Source of the DNA: Candidatus Sumerlaeaceae bacterium
GTDB taxonomy: Bacteria > Sumerlaeota > Sumerlaeia > Sumerlaeales > Sumerlaeaceae
Assembly: GCA_049968255.1 (NCBI GenBank)
Contig: JBMFRB010000007.1
Coordinates: 32,001-96,000, forward strand
Direction of reading: 5' to 3'
DNA length: 64,000 nt
Within the stretch, counting starts at the first letter, position 1. Every line of letters starts with the position of its first letter. The notes under the pieces are model-generated. The model made no database searches. It was not told the DNA's origin and worked only from the letters and a program-made list of their open reading frames with translations. The position numbers and the translations under genes are program-made. Positions 1 through 11,470 of this stretch are shown here, in pieces.

Positions 1-7
1 TTTAGTT

Positions 8-1570
8 TTATTGTGATCCTGCAGGCTCGTGGAGAAGAACGTGAATATCTCCGCGCCCAGGGAAACGAGCGACTTCGCGAAAATGCTGGCGCAATAGGTT
101 CCAGTACTCTTGGGGTCGTACCTGCCCAAAAAAGGGCGTGATGTACCAAAGTCGGCGATTAGATGAGAGGGCCAACCGCAATGCTTCGGTGGTGGAAGAA
201 TCCACCTTGCGACCGTTTTCGAGAATGAGCCAGCGCGGTACTTGGTGATCCCAGTGGAACACTTTCGAGTAGGCCCAGAGCACCTCAATGTCTGCATTCG
301 GTCCACAGAATACAATGTCGGTGTGGCCGATGCGTGCACTGACCCACTTAACGGCGGACAGCCAATCGTGAACAGGTGTGCGCGCATAATACACGGCTGA
401 TGGTAGCTCCAGAGCTGCGATGATGGCACTCGTCCCTAACCAGGCGGAGGCGACCACGGTTGGCCCCCAGCGCTGACGCAAGAGAGCAAGTGCGCGCTGA
501 AGGAGCACGCCGCAACTCCAGAGCAAGGGGATCGAGAACCCAACAAGATAGCGGGGCGCGAGAAAGAACGTCGTGAGAAGAGCAGCGCTCAAAATGCCAC
601 CGCCGAACATTGTGCCCCAGCCCATAAAGATCAATGTGCGTTCAGGCTGACGATGTCGCAGACGGGAGATCGATACTACTGTTAGTGTGACAGGGGGTAA
701 GCAGATTAGTATTGCGAACCATGGCTCATGAGAGATTTCGTTCGCAAAATCGCGCAGACGGAGTAAAGCTCGCGAAACAGAGACTTCTCCCCCTGGCGTC
801 GCTTTTGCGGCGATACGGGATATCCAAGCAACGAGATAGGGAACAATCAGGAGACCTGCGACAAGCAGATGCCCAAGCATCCATTTCCGTGCAGCGGGTC
901 GCCGCAGAGCGTCCAGCTGTGATGACAACGAAAGTGCAGCAAGCCAGGCAGGAGCACACCAGACTAAGTTAATGGGGGTGAAGTAAAAGGAGAGCACCGT
1001 GGTGAGGGTCAACGCGCCGAGCGGGCTCCAGCATTTGCTGGACCGTGCTGCGGGTTTGCAAGCAAGTTTCCAAAGCGCGTGCCATTGAACAAGCAACAAC
1101 AGGGCTGTCCATGCATAGCCGCGCGCCCCCATCGAAAAATCCACATAAGGAGGGAAAGCTGCGGCCAAGAGAGCCATGGTGGCCGCGGCTCGCCTGCTCC
1201 CCCACCAAGACTTTCCGAAAGCGTAGGTAAGGGCGACAAAGAAGAGAGCGGCAACAACTCCAGGAAGGCGCAGCCAGAACTCTCCGCCGCCTGGTTTAGT
1301 CATCTTGGCGAAGAGTCCTTCCATGAGGTAGGCAAGTGGTCCTGGCCCCGTGTCTTGGATGGTGAATCCGATAAGACTTTCCGCGGGCTTGCGCGTGGGA
1401 TCCCACAAGTCTGGACCGACGAGGGGGCGCGTAGCAACTTGGGCTGTTATGAGCTCGTCAATCCACCAACTACGTTGCTGGAAAGCGGGTAGACGTACGA
1501 GCACTGCAAGAGCAAAGCTTATCCCCAGAACTGTGACGACATTTCGCTTCCATTTCCATTGCGCACGCAC
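8..1570 (-). CDS. Multi-pass membrane glycosyltransferase, GT-C fold (GT39/PMT-like)
   Basis: 520-aa ORF; N-terminal TM followed by 'RSWWIDE' motif, 'WLRLPG', 'ARGYA', about 10 hydrophobic segments and a soluble C-terminal domain. Confidence 0.7.
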   Translation of the reverse strand: MRAQWKWKRNVVTVLGISFALAVLVRLPAFQQRSWWIDELITAQVATRPLVGPDLWDPTRKPAESLIGFTIQDTGPGPLAYLMEGLFAKMTKPGGGEFWLRLPGVVAALFFVALTYAFGKSWWGSRRAAATMALLAAAFPPYVDFSMGARGYAWTALLLLVQWHALWKLACKPAARSSKCWSPLGALTLTTVLSFYFTPINLVWCAPAWLAALSLSSQLDALRRPAARKWMLGHLLVAGLLIVPYLVAWISRIAAKATPGGEVSVSRALLRLRDFANEISHEPWFAILICLPPVTLTVVSISRLRHRQPERTLIFMGWGTMFGGGILSAALLTTFFLAPRYLVGFSIPLLWSCGVLLQRALALLRQRWGPTVVASAWLGTSAIIAALELPSAVYYARTPVHDWLSAVKWVSARIGHTDIVFCGPNADIEVLWAYSKVFHWDHQVPRWLILENGRKVDSSTTEALRLALSSNRRLWYITPFFGQVRPQEYWNLLRQHFREVARFPGRGDIHVLLHEPAGSQ

Positions 1571-1581
1571 GCGGGTAACCG

Positions 1582-2523
1582 TTACACGCCGAGTTTTTCC
1601 TTATACCACTCGATGGTCCGGCGAAGTCCCTCACGGAAATCAATAACCACTTTATAGCCAAGGCTTTTCTGGGCGGCAGAAATATCGGCAAGGGAGTGCC
1701 GGACGTCGCCTGCACGCGGCGGCGCAAAAATTGGTTGGATCGAGGTTCCAAGGAGGTCGTTGATTTCGCGAACGAGATCGAGGAGGCTGAAAGCTGCGCC
1801 ACAGGCAACGTTGAACACGCGGCCGGCAACATTCGGCGCCTCCGCTGCGGCCACATTCGCCAGCACATTGTTCAGGACAAAGGTAAAATCACGCGTTTGC
1901 GTGCCGTCGCCATAAATCGTGGGGCGTTCGCCTCGCAGCATCGCCGTAATAAACTTGGGAATCACGGCGCTGTATTGCGAGGTCGGATCCTGGCGCGGGC
2001 CGAACACGTTGAAATAGCGCAGCGACACGGTTTCTAGACCGTAACAGGTGGTGAAGGCATGCATGTAGTATTCGCCGGCGAGCTTGGACACAGCGTAGGG
2101 CGACTTGGGACGCGGAAGAAGATCCTCCGATTTCACGAGGGAAGGCTGGTCGCCATAAGCGGAAGAGCTTGCGGCATAAACGACGCGTTTGACGCCACTC
2201 GCCAGGCAAGCACGTAGGAGAATCACTGTCCCTTCCACGTTGACCCGGTTCGATGTCTCTGGGTCTTCGATACTGCGTGGTACGCTGGGCAGCGCCGCCT
2301 GATGCAGCACATAATCTACGCCTCGCACGGCACGTTCAACTGCGCTTCGATCGAGAAGATCGCTCTCGATGAATTCGATCCTGTCCGCAAAGGAAGCGAT
2401 GTTTTCGCGTTTGCCCGTTGCCAGGTTATCAAGAATTCGTACTTCGTGCCCCTGCTCAACAAGATACTCCGCGAGATTTGAACCGATAAATCCGCACCCA
2501 CCAGTGACTAGATATTTGGCCAT
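1582..2523 (-). CDS. NAD-dependent nucleotide-sugar epimerase (UDP-GlcNAc/UDP-glucose 4-epimerase, WbpP-like)
   Basis: TGGCGFIG Rossmann motif, HQAALPSVPRS, catalytic YAVSK, RYFNVFGPRQDP. Confidence 0.9.
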   Translation of the reverse strand: MAKYLVTGGCGFIGSNLAEYLVEQGHEVRILDNLATGKRENIASFADRIEFIESDLLDRSAVERAVRGVDYVLHQAALPSVPRSIEDPETSNRVNVEGTVILLRACLASGVKRVVYAASSSAYGDQPSLVKSEDLLPRPKSPYAVSKLAGEYYMHAFTTCYGLETVSLRYFNVFGPRQDPTSQYSAVIPKFITAMLRGERPTIYGDGTQTRDFTFVLNNVLANVAAAEAPNVAGRVFNVACGAAFSLLDLVREINDLLGTSIQPIFAPPRAGDVRHSLADISAAQKSLGYKVVIDFREGLRRTIEWYKEKLGV

Positions 2524-2716
2524 AGTTCCACCGAGCGAAACATTTGTTGGCGGCCAGAGGACCGTCGATCACGTAACGCGCTACATACGAGACAGAAAAA
2601 GCAATCGCCAAGACGGAGCGGAAAATCTTCGTGTTGACGTGGAGTGAACAGTAGGGCATCTGACGCACATAGACAGAGCGAGCACTGCTCGGTTACTCTA
2701 TGGGAAAGGGTCCACA

Positions 2717-3874
2717 ATGATGAAAAAGGCGACTTTATGCACTCAGCGTTTTTTGGTCGTTGGATTGTGCATCTTGAGCGCTTGGGCAACGGCGCGCCCC
2801 TTGCCACCGGTGAGTGTGGAAATCGCGAAGAGAGCATGGAGCGCTAAGCCCCATGCCAAGGAAACCACTCGAACGTTTGAGCAACGACTGCGAAAAGAGA
2901 TTCGGGAGCTAGCGCTTAAACCTGTCAACAAGCTAGAGGATCCGGAGAAGTGGAAACTGCTGGCGTATCTTCACGACATTCCGTGGAAAAAGCTTCCTCA
3001 AAGCTGGCAGACATGGTATCTGGAGACAATGCCGAATCCGCGACTGACAGCGGAACAAACGTCAGCGAGTCTCGAGCGCGTGGCGCAAAAGCGATTCTGG
3101 GAAATTACGCCGAAAGAACTGGATGTGTACCTCGGCTGGGCTAAGCAGAATGTTCCGGAGTTGCGACAGCGCGTAGTGCACTATGCACGCAAACGCGTGG
3201 GACAACCTTACGAAATGTATCTGTTAGGCGAATTTCCGTTCGAGATTTACGATCCGCAGCCCCTTTTCGAGCTGAGCAAGAGCGATTGCGTTGTCTTCTG
3301 CGAGCACACTTATGCCATGGCGCTGAGCTCGAACTGGAAGGAGTTCTTCGCTACGCTTCAAAAGATTCGCTACAAGAATGGCGAGATCGGCATGCTGACG
3401 CGCAACCATTACACCGAGGCCGACTGGAACAAGAACAACTCGTGGCTGGTGAAAGACGTCACGCGCGAACTAGGCGGATCGAAGGTTGCCCATTTCACAG
3501 AGAAGATCGACCGCGAGAAGTTCTTTTCGAGATTTGGCATTGGCCAGGGAATTCCGGTGCAGATCTTGCAGGACGATTACATTCCGGCGGAGGCGATTCC
3601 AGAAATTGTTGGGAAATTACGCGACGGGGATTTCGTGAACGTGGTGCGCGGAATTGGGGCCGATGTGTGGGTTGGCCACACCGGGCTCATCGCTCACAAC
3701 GAAAAGGGTGAGGTCACGCTCATTCACTCGACTCCGCCAAAGGTCGTTGAGGTGCCACTGCTGAGATACGTGGAAGAGAACGTGAAAAAGAATGCCGAGC
3801 GAGCTAAAAAGAACCACGCGCAGTTTCTTGGGATGAAGTTCTTGAGACTGCGCGCGGAAGAGCTTCAGCGCTGA
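2717..3874 (+). CDS. Secreted DUF1460 (NlpC/P60-like N-acetylmuramoyl-L-alanine amidase) protein
   Basis: Signal peptide; 'GQPYEMYLLGE', 'DCVVFCEHTYAMAL' (catalytic Cys), 'RNHYTEADW', 'VGHTG', 'IHS'. Confidence 0.75.
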   Translation: MMKKATLCTQRFLVVGLCILSAWATARPLPPVSVEIAKRAWSAKPHAKETTRTFEQRLRKEIRELALKPVNKLEDPEKWKLLAYLHDIPWKKLPQSWQTWYLETMPNPRLTAEQTSASLERVAQKRFWEITPKELDVYLGWAKQNVPELRQRVVHYARKRVGQPYEMYLLGEFPFEIYDPQPLFELSKSDCVVFCEHTYAMALSSNWKEFFATLQKIRYKNGEIGMLTRNHYTEADWNKNNSWLVKDVTRELGGSKVAHFTEKIDREKFFSRFGIGQGIPVQILQDDYIPAEAIPEIVGKLRDGDFVNVVRGIGADVWVGHTGLIAHNEKGEVTLIHSTPPKVVEVPLLRYVEENVKKNAERAKKNHAQFLGMKFLRLRAEELQR

Positions 3875-3917
3875 CAAACCGCTTACGCATGCACCTCGCT
3901 TACAAGGCCGGTTATAC

Positions 3918-3968
3918 AGAGGGCGATTTCGGTTAGTCGACCTGACAATCGCCCTCTTGGCTTTTAGC
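3918..3968 (+). terminator. Hairpin between convergent DUF1460 gene and ftsY, probable terminator
   Basis: AGAGGGCGATT...AATCGCCCTCT inverted repeat followed by TGGCTTTT. Confidence 0.5.
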
Positions 3969-4084
3969 CTTGTTGACCGGGTGCTGGCGCGCGTTGGACC
4001 GATCAGGCGCACCCACTCTACACATGGCTCGAGGTCGATCGCCAGAGAGTTGCCTTGCGGATGCAGCAGAAGAGCAAGACGCGA

Positions 4085-5296
4085 TTATGCGTTTTCCTCG
4101 TCTTCGAAGAGTGCATCCACAAATTCGCGCGGATCGAAATCGCGCAGATCCTCGACGCTTTCGCCCACGCCAATCTTCACAACCGGGATGGCGAAAAGGT
4201 TTCTGATGCCGATAAGAACTCCGCCTTTAGCGGTCCCGTCGAGTTTTGTCATAATAAGCCCAGTGACGGGAATTGCCTCTGTAAACACTTTCGCTTGTTG
4301 AATAGCGTTTTGGCCGGTTGTGGCGTCAAGAACGAGGAGGGTGTCGTGTGGAGCATTGGGCATGAGTTTTTTGACAACTCGCACAATCTTTTTTAATTCC
4401 TCCATGAGGTTAGCTTTTGTGTGCAGGCGACCGGCGGTATCTATCATGAGGACATCATAATTTTCCGTCATGGCTTTCGTGATGGCATCGTAAGCCACGC
4501 CCGCTGGATCAGCCCCCATCTGTTTCGCAACAAGTTCGGCCCCCGTACGCTGAGCCCATATTCCAAGCTGCTCGATTGCGGCTGCGCGGAAAGTATCACC
4601 TGCGACGAGCAAGGTCTTTTTGCCTTGCGCTCGAAACTCTGCAGCGAGTTTTCCTATTGTCGTGGTTTTTCCGGTGCCGTTTACACCGACGAAAAGGATA
4701 ACCCACGGACGCTCGGCTGGCGGAGTGAGTCGGTGCATTTGCACGCCCACAATTTGAAGGAGCTGTTTTTTGAAATTTGCGATGAGTTCGTCGGTCGAGG
4801 CGCCGCGTGCTTCGAATTCGCGCATTTCTTCAATGATTTTGAACGTGGTTTCTGCTCCCACGTCGGCACGTATGAGAATTTCCTCGATGCGTTCGATGAG
4901 GTGCTCGTCTACTTTGCCCGCTGCTTTGACAGCGGCCTTGATCTGACCAACGATTTCCTCTCGAGTTTTGCGGATTCGCTGACCGAGAGCGGCTCTAAGT
5001 TTCCCGAAGAATCCTCGAGGTTGCTCGTCTAGCGCCTGTTGTGCCACCACCTCGGCTTCTCTGGCTTGTAACAGACTCTCGGAGCTGGGCACGGGTTGCG
5101 CGACATCTGTTGCAGGAGCAACAGAACTCGTTGGCACCGCCTCGGCTGGGGCCACAGTATCAGCCACGGGCGAGGTCGCTTCCTCTGAGGACTCTTGCAC
5201 CACGGGGTCCTGTAAGCTCTGTTCTTGCGCTTCGGTGCCGCCTTCGTTTGCTAATGGCGCCGGTTGCTCTTGTTTCTTTTTCCAAAAGAAAAGCAT
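4085..5296 (-). CDS. ftsY: Signal recognition particle receptor FtsY
   Basis: GVNGTGKTTTIGKLA, DTFRAAAIEQL, DTAGRLHTK, TKLDGTAKGG; acidic Ala/Glu-rich N-terminal extension. Confidence 0.97.
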   Translation of the reverse strand: MLFFWKKKQEQPAPLANEGGTEAQEQSLQDPVVQESSEEATSPVADTVAPAEAVPTSSVAPATDVAQPVPSSESLLQAREAEVVAQQALDEQPRGFFGKLRAALGQRIRKTREEIVGQIKAAVKAAGKVDEHLIERIEEILIRADVGAETTFKIIEEMREFEARGASTDELIANFKKQLLQIVGVQMHRLTPPAERPWVILFVGVNGTGKTTTIGKLAAEFRAQGKKTLLVAGDTFRAAAIEQLGIWAQRTGAELVAKQMGADPAGVAYDAITKAMTENYDVLMIDTAGRLHTKANLMEELKKIVRVVKKLMPNAPHDTLLVLDATTGQNAIQQAKVFTEAIPVTGLIMTKLDGTAKGGVLIGIRNLFAIPVVKIGVGESVEDLRDFDPREFVDALFEDEENA

Positions 5297-5440
5297 AAAG
5301 ATTCGATCCTTCGTGCAGATTTCTGCTTCTGAACTGTTGAGCCTTTAGGCCGACACGATGTCTATGATTTTGCGTCGGTGCCGGAAGTTGATGCCGGCAG
5401 GATTCCTCTGCTGCAAAAATACAAAGAAGGAGTAAACCTC

Positions 5441-6808
5441 ATGAGGCGAGTGAAATTCGCCCTCGTCGCTTCAGCCTTCCTGGCTGCGGCAACTGGCATT
5501 CAGGCAGAGCAGCAAGACAAAGGAAAAGACAGGTTAGCTTACAAACTTGAGGAGGGAAGTGTTCTCGAATTCGAGACCTCAGCCACATTTACCAGCATCC
5601 GCGGCGAAGGCGTAGAGACATGGCAGCACAATGCAGAATATACTGTGCTGGCAACGCGAAGCGATAGCTTCGACCTTTTTGCGAAGATCACCCCTAAGCA
5701 GACCGCGCGCCAACGCATGCGTGGCTATGCATGCGATACCGTGCAACTGTCGCCAGATGGGAAAATTCTCAAACAGGGGCAACTTTTGCCGCAGGGCATT
5801 TTCCCGGGCTGGTCAGTGAATTTTGAGTTGCCCCAACTCGTGAACGAAGAGAACGGAGCAACAATTGACTACCGCGATCCGATCATGATGCTTCCGCTGC
5901 AGGCAAAAGTGACGAAGAGTGTCAAGGACGGCGTCGTTACCCAAAAACTTGTCGCCGACCCCAATAGCAAGGTTTTAGAAAAGCTCCCTTTGAAAATCAA
6001 AGTCCTAGAGGTTGAGAATACGTTCTCGGAAAAAGAGGGGTTGCCCCTTGCAACACATCTTCAGTTTGACGTGGTCATCCAAGTTTCGCAGGATGGGACC
6101 ACCCGCGAAATTGCTCTGGAGGGAGAAGCAAAGCGCACGGGCAAGAGCACAATGACCAAAGAAGCGTTGGCAAAGCTCAAAGAGGACGCGGCGTTAGGTG
6201 TGACAACGTTTAAAGCTTTGCGCGAAGCAGTGGCCGGAGAAGGTGCGGACACGACGGGAGCCACCAAGGCCATCGATGCGTATTTGGCGAAGTTCCCTGA
6301 CGGCCAGTTTGCACCGCTGCTAAAAGACATTCGCTCGCAGGTGGAGTTGAGCGTAACTCAAGCAAACAACTGGGCCCAAATTCGCGAAGGCAAAATTGCC
6401 CCGAACTTTACAACCACGGCACTCGATGGCTCAGCAATCGACTTGGCTAAACTGAGGGGAAAAGTTGTTGTGCTCGACTTTTGGGCGACCTGGTGTGGTC
6501 CCTGCCGCCAGCTCGTGCCGAAGATGAAAGAACTCTATGAGCAGAACAAAGACAAAGCCTTTGCGATGATTGGAATCAGCGCCGACCACAGCGTAGATGA
6601 TTTGAAAGAGTACGTGAAGGATCAGGAGATTGCCTGGCCGCAGGTCTATGAGGGCGATGGGGGCACGACGACAGTGCTTCATACCTACGGCGTGTCAAAG
6701 TTTCCAACGCTCGTTGTCGTGGATAAGAAGGGCGTGATCCGCGGAGTTGATGTGCATCCGCCTGAATTGAATGAGCTCGTCGAAAAGCTTGTGAAAGAGG
6801 AAAAGTAA
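5441..6808 (+). CDS. Exported protein with C-terminal TlpA-like thioredoxin (disulfide reductase) domain
   Basis: AGGAG RBS before ATG 5441; signal peptide; C-terminal 'VVLDFWATWCGPC' motif; ~300-aa uncharacterised N-terminal region. Confidence 0.8.
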   Translation: MRRVKFALVASAFLAAATGIQAEQQDKGKDRLAYKLEEGSVLEFETSATFTSIRGEGVETWQHNAEYTVLATRSDSFDLFAKITPKQTARQRMRGYACDTVQLSPDGKILKQGQLLPQGIFPGWSVNFELPQLVNEENGATIDYRDPIMMLPLQAKVTKSVKDGVVTQKLVADPNSKVLEKLPLKIKVLEVENTFSEKEGLPLATHLQFDVVIQVSQDGTTREIALEGEAKRTGKSTMTKEALAKLKEDAALGVTTFKALREAVAGEGADTTGATKAIDAYLAKFPDGQFAPLLKDIRSQVELSVTQANNWAQIREGKIAPNFTTTALDGSAIDLAKLRGKVVVLDFWATWCGPCRQLVPKMKELYEQNKDKAFAMIGISADHSVDDLKEYVKDQEIAWPQVYEGDGGTTTVLHTYGVSKFPTLVVVDKKGVIRGVDVHPPELNELVEKLVKEEK

Positions 6809-6863
6809 ACAGGCTCCCTTACTCGGAGCGCTGCTCTTCATAGCGGCGCAGGGACTGAAACTT

Positions 6864-6900
6864 CGGCGCGAAGCAAAATTGCTTCACGCCGATTTTCTTT
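6864..6900. terminator. Intrinsic terminator hairpin between TlpA-like gene and suf operon
   Basis: CGGCGCGAAGC-AAAATT-GCTTCACGCCG followed by ATTTTCTTT. Confidence 0.6.
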
Positions 6901-6957
6901 GCCGAGGTAAGAGGGAGCTTGGGCGCTTTGAAATAGGGAGGGGACACGAGGTTCGGC

Positions 6958-7509
6958 TTACATGAAACCCAGCTTGAGTCGTGCCACATCGGACATCATC
7001 CCCATGTGCCAAGGGGGATCCCAAGTGAGCTCGACTTCCACGTTACGAACTCCCGGGACGCTCGCCACCTTCTGCCGTACCTCAGGAGGAAGCGAGCCAG
7101 CCACGGGACACATGGGGGAGGTCAGTGTCATCTGAATGTAAACATCGCCGTTTTCGCGCACATCCAAGCGATAAACGAGCCCCAGTTCCCAGATGTCCAC
7201 TGGGATCTCTGGATCATAAACGGTGTGAAGCATCTGGATGATTTGTTCGCGAAGCTGGGAGTGGTCGGTTTCGCCTGTCGCCGGCAGCGCTTGAACAGAT
7301 TGATTGGTGTCGCTGGCAGCTCCGTCGGCGGGGGCATCTGACTGGGGCAAAGTCTCACTGGCTGAAGGGGCAATGTGCCCAAAGGCGGGACTGGAACTTG
7401 GGGCAACAGCTTGCGAGGGCCACGCTGCTTGCGCGCCACTTGCTCCTGCCGACAACACATCATCTGTATGATGATCGGAATTGGGCTGGGCCTCTTGCGA
7501 CTCGGTCAT
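6958..7509 (-). CDS. sufT: SUF system Fe-S assembly protein SufT (DUF59/PaaD-like)
   Basis: VYDPEIPVDIWELGLVY, MTLTSPMCPVAGSLP, LTWDPPW; low-complexity N-terminal extension; last gene of suf operon. Confidence 0.9.
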   Translation of the reverse strand: MTESQEAQPNSDHHTDDVLSAGASGAQAAWPSQAVAPSSSPAFGHIAPSASETLPQSDAPADGAASDTNQSVQALPATGETDHSQLREQIIQMLHTVYDPEIPVDIWELGLVYRLDVRENGDVYIQMTLTSPMCPVAGSLPPEVRQKVASVPGVRNVEVELTWDPPWHMGMMSDVARLKLGFM

Positions 7510-7552
7510 TGAGCAACACCTCCATTAGTTTGCATGAACTCATGAGCGCAAA

Positions 7553-8017
7553 TTACTCGGTCGAAACAGGCTTCTCCGCTTCGCCTTCGAGCGCTGCCTT
7601 GAGGGTGTGCCACGGAAGAGTGGCGCACTTGACACGTACCGGATACTCGCACACACCGGAAAAAACGAGCAACTTGCCGAGCTTTTTTTGGAAATCTGGA
7701 TTTTTCGCTTTGCCTGTGACCAGATCGTGAAATTTTTCAAAGAGTTCACGCGCTTCCGCGAGGGTTTTCCCCTTGAGCACTTGGGTCATGAGCGATGCCG
7801 AAGCTGTGGAAATCGAACAGCCAGCGCCATGGAAGGTGATTTCTTCAATCACGTCGCCGTTCATTTTCACGAAAACTTCTACTTTGTCGCCACAAAGCGG
7901 GTTCATCCCCTGGGCTTTGCGGTCAGCATTCTCAAGGCGACGGAAATTTCGAGGGCGCTTTGTGTGATCGATGATGACTTCTTGATAAAGCTCTTTGAGG
8001 TCAGAGGAGAGGTTCAT
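7553..8017 (-). CDS. sufU: SUF system NifU-like protein SufU
   Basis: [35 protein letters not shown]. Confidence 0.95.
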   Translation of the reverse strand: MNLSSDLKELYQEVIIDHTKRPRNFRRLENADRKAQGMNPLCGDKVEVFVKMNGDVIEEITFHGAGCSISTASASLMTQVLKGKTLAEARELFEKFHDLVTGKAKNPDFQKKLGKLLVFSGVCEYPVRVKCATLPWHTLKAALEGEAEKPVSTE

Positions 8018-9282
8018 TTGAACACCTCGCGGACTTTTTCCAGCGTGTCGAGAAGTAGATCTATCTCGTGTGTCGTATTGTAGAAAGCAAAGGAGGCCCG
8101 AACTGTGGCGGGAACACCGAACCGATCCATAACAGGCTGCGCGCAGTGATGACCTGTTCGCACTGCAACCCCGAACTGATCAAGGATAGTGCCCACATCA
8201 TGGGGATGAACACCACGCAGGTTGAACGAGACAAGTGCAGCCCGGTCCTGCGCCTGGCCGATGATCTGGACATGCTCGCATGCCGAAAGGCGCTCGGTGG
8301 CGTAGTCGAGCAAATGTTTTTCGTAAGCCGCAATCTTTTCTAATCCAATGGACTGAACATAATCGAGCGCAGCGCCTAAGCCTATGACACCGGCAATGTT
8401 TGGGGTTCCTGCTTCGAACTTATAGGGGATTTCGTTGTACGTTGTTTTCTCAAATGTCACTGAAGCGATCATATCGCCGCCGCCCTGATAGGGTGGCATA
8501 GCTTCGAGAAGCTCGGCCCGCGCATAGAGGACGCCGATACCTGTTGGGCCGAAAATTTTGTGACCGGAAAATGCATAAAAGTCGCAATCAAGCGCTTGAA
8601 CATCGACAGGCATGTGGGCCACTGCCTGGGCACCATCCACAAGCACAGGTACACCCCGGTCGTGTGCGAGGCGGATGATTTCAGCCACGGGATTGATAGT
8701 CCCCAACGCATTCGAAATGTGCGTGATTGCCACAAGCTTTGTGCGCTGCGAAAGAAGATTGGGGATCGCATCGAAAACAAGTTCGCCACGATCGGTCATA
8801 GGGATGACACGCAGCCGCGCCCCTTTTTCTTCACAAAGCATCTGCCAGGGAACGATGTTCGAATGGTGCTCCATCGCACTGATAAGCACTTCATCACCTG
8901 CGCCAACGCGGACTGCTCCAAACGTGCGAGCCACCAAATTGATAGCTTCGGTGGTGCCTCGCACAAAGACGATCTCACGAGCCTCGCGCGCATTGATAAA
9001 GGCACGCACTTTTTCCCGGACATTCTCGTAGGCCTCGGTTGCGATCATGCTGAGGTGGTGCACACCCCGGTGGATGTTTGCGTTTTCGCTCTCGTAATAG
9101 CGACGCAAGCGTTCGATCACTACCAGAGGCTTTTGCGTAGTGGCCGCATTATCGAGATAGACAAGGGGACGTCCGCGCACAACCGTGCGCAAGATGGGAA
9201 AATCCTCGCGCACACGCTCGACATCGAGTGCAAGTTCCGTCAGTTGGTTGTGCCCATGCACCATATCCGACTGAAGCATCAT
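8014..9282 (-). CDS. sufS: Cysteine desulfurase SufS
   Basis: [18 protein letters not shown] lysine, RTGHHCAQP catalytic Cys. Confidence 0.97.
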   Translation of the reverse strand: MMLQSDMVHGHNQLTELALDVERVREDFPILRTVVRGRPLVYLDNAATTQKPLVVIERLRRYYESENANIHRGVHHLSMIATEAYENVREKVRAFINAREAREIVFVRGTTEAINLVARTFGAVRVGAGDEVLISAMEHHSNIVPWQMLCEEKGARLRVIPMTDRGELVFDAIPNLLSQRTKLVAITHISNALGTINPVAEIIRLAHDRGVPVLVDGAQAVAHMPVDVQALDCDFYAFSGHKIFGPTGIGVLYARAELLEAMPPYQGGGDMIASVTFEKTTYNEIPYKFEAGTPNIAGVIGLGAALDYVQSIGLEKIAAYEKHLLDYATERLSACEHVQIIGQAQDRAALVSFNLRGVHPHDVGTILDQFGVAVRTGHHCAQPVMDRFGVPATVRASFAFYNTTHEIDLLLDTLEKVREVFK

Positions 9283-10613
9283 TTCACCTCCAGCAACCCT
9301 CGATCAAATGCGAGATGCTCCACTTCCAAAATACTGAGTTCGAGCCACTCGCGCAGGGCCGCAACCTCTATGCGACGCAGAACATCGTTGGCAAAGGCGT
9401 AGGTGAGAAGGCCGCGCGCCTGATCCGCAGCAATTCCGCGCGATTGGAGATAGAAAAGAGCCTGCTCGTCGAGGTGCCCCACTGTAGCGCCGTGGGTGCA
9501 CTTCACGTCGTCTGCATAAATTTCAAGCTGAGGGTTCGCGTTCACAACAGCATCGCGTGAAAGAAGTAGGTTTTTGTTTGTCTGTTTGGCGTCTGTCTTT
9601 TGTGCAGCGGGGCGCACGATAATGCGTCCATTGAATACGCCATGCGCTCGCCCCTCTAAGATTCCTTTCACGACCTCCCAGCTTGGGCAGTGCGGTGCTG
9701 CATGCTCAATGACCGAGTGGAGATCGGAGAGCTGGTCGCCGTCAATACGGTAGAGACCGTAAAGGGTCGTCTCGGCGCCTGGCTCTGCCAAGCGAATGCG
9801 GACATCGGCGCGTGTGAGTCGAGCCCCGTAGTTCACGCCTAAAAATTCGTACGCTCCTTGGGCACGGACATTTGCCTGAATTGCAGCGATGTGGAATGCT
9901 ACGGTGGTGTCGCTTTGCGCACGATAGTGCGTTACACGCGCCCCTGGTTTCACATGGAACTCAAACACTGGATTTGTGAAATAGGGGGTATCGCCCGTGC
10001 CCGCGTGAACTTCAATCAGGCTAAGGCGGCTCGCATCTTCGGCGATGACAAGCACACGCGGGTAAGAGACAACAGGATCAGACTCTGTTGGGATAGTCCA
10101 AAAGATAAGCTCCAGCGGCAGCGCAGGTTTGGCCTGTGAAGCAACGCGCACAACAAGCGCTTCGCAGAACTGAGCGGTGTTGAGCGCCGCAAAAGGGAGC
10201 TCCTCCATCGGAACAAAGCGCCCGAAATGTTGATGCAGGTCACTGCCTCCGCGGGCGATAGCTTTGTCGAGCGCAAGAACTTCAACGCCCGAAGACGGAT
10301 GCGGCAACGTCGAGAGTGAAGGCACGAAGTAGCCATTGACGATGACAGCGCGCCAGCCACCGAAAGTTTCGGGGACGGCTTTGAGCAGCTCCGCCGGAGG
10401 AACAACTTGGTTAGCGCGCGTGAATTCATGTCTGGGGAATTTTCCCAGCGGGGTGAACCGCCATTCCTCGTCATGCGCATCCGGGAGCCCTTTTTGAGCG
10501 AAGAGCGACTCTGCTTTTTCGCGCAAATCTCGCAGCCATTGCGGCTCGCCAGCCGCGCTAAAACGGCCGACTAACGAATTGTATGCAGGGGCGTCGTTGA
10601 GAACCTGGGTCAT
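9279..10613 (-). CDS. sufD: Fe-S cluster assembly protein SufD
   Basis: [40 protein letters not shown]; ATG 10613 has a GAAAGGA RBS. Confidence 0.95.
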   Translation of the reverse strand: MTQVLNDAPAYNSLVGRFSAAGEPQWLRDLREKAESLFAQKGLPDAHDEEWRFTPLGKFPRHEFTRANQVVPPAELLKAVPETFGGWRAVIVNGYFVPSLSTLPHPSSGVEVLALDKAIARGGSDLHQHFGRFVPMEELPFAALNTAQFCEALVVRVASQAKPALPLELIFWTIPTESDPVVSYPRVLVIAEDASRLSLIEVHAGTGDTPYFTNPVFEFHVKPGARVTHYRAQSDTTVAFHIAAIQANVRAQGAYEFLGVNYGARLTRADVRIRLAEPGAETTLYGLYRIDGDQLSDLHSVIEHAAPHCPSWEVVKGILEGRAHGVFNGRIIVRPAAQKTDAKQTNKNLLLSRDAVVNANPQLEIYADDVKCTHGATVGHLDEQALFYLQSRGIAADQARGLLTYAFANDVLRRIEVAALREWLELSILEVEHLAFDRGLLEVK

Positions 10614-10648
10614 CGTCGTCAATCCTTTCTGGTCATGGGGAGCTGTTT

Positions 10649-11407
10649 TCACGAGGCGAAGGCTTCTTCGAGCCACGAATAGCCTTTCTCTTCGAGTTCT
10701 AGGGCGAGCTCCTTGCCCCCGGTCTTCACTATTCGGCCGTTTGCGAGAACATGGACGACGTCGGGAACGATGTAGTCGAGCAGTCGCTGGTAGTGCGTGA
10801 CGACAAGCATGGAGCGCTCGGGACTGCGCAGGGCATTGACGCCATTGGCAACGATTTTGAGGGCGTCGATGTCGAGACCGCTGTCGGTCTCATCGAGGAT
10901 GCAAAACTTCGGTTCGAGGACAGCCATCTGGAAAATTTCGTTTCTCTTTTTTTCGCCGCCCGAGAACCCCTCATTGACGGAGCGCTGGAGAAGCTCGTCG
11001 TTCATTTCAAGCAAACGCATCTTTTCGCGGATGAGCGAGAGGAATTCCATTGCGTCGAGCTCTTCGAGACCGTGGTACTTCCGAATAGCGTTGAGAGCGG
11101 CTCGGAGAAAGTATGTGTTCGAGACGCCAGGGATCTCGACAGGATATTGGAAGGCAAGAAAGATGCCTTCGCAGGCGCGTTCTTCCGGTTCGAGCTCAAG
11201 CAGGTTTTTGCCTTCGAAGAGGATTTCGCCTTGCGTCACTTCGTAAATATCGCGGCCAGCAATGACCTGCGCGAGCGTGCTTTTGCCCGAGCCATTGGGC
11301 CCCATGATGGCGTGGACTTCGCCCTTCTCAATCGTGAGATCGAGCCCACGCAGGATTTCTTTTCCCTCGACGGTGACGTGAAGGTTTTTGATTTCAAGCA
11401 TTGCCAT
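10649..11407 (-). CDS. sufC: Fe-S cluster assembly ATPase SufC
   Basis: [37 protein letters not shown]. Confidence 0.97.
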   Translation of the reverse strand: MAMLEIKNLHVTVEGKEILRGLDLTIEKGEVHAIMGPNGSGKSTLAQVIAGRDIYEVTQGEILFEGKNLLELEPEERACEGIFLAFQYPVEIPGVSNTYFLRAALNAIRKYHGLEELDAMEFLSLIREKMRLLEMNDELLQRSVNEGFSGGEKKRNEIFQMAVLEPKFCILDETDSGLDIDALKIVANGVNALRSPERSMLVVTHYQRLLDYIVPDVVHVLANGRIVKTGGKELALELEEKGYSWLEEAFAS

Positions 11408-11470
11408 AGGTCGTCATCTCTTTTCGTTGTTGTCGGATTTGTTGTTTAGGAGCGCGCGATCCGACGAAAC

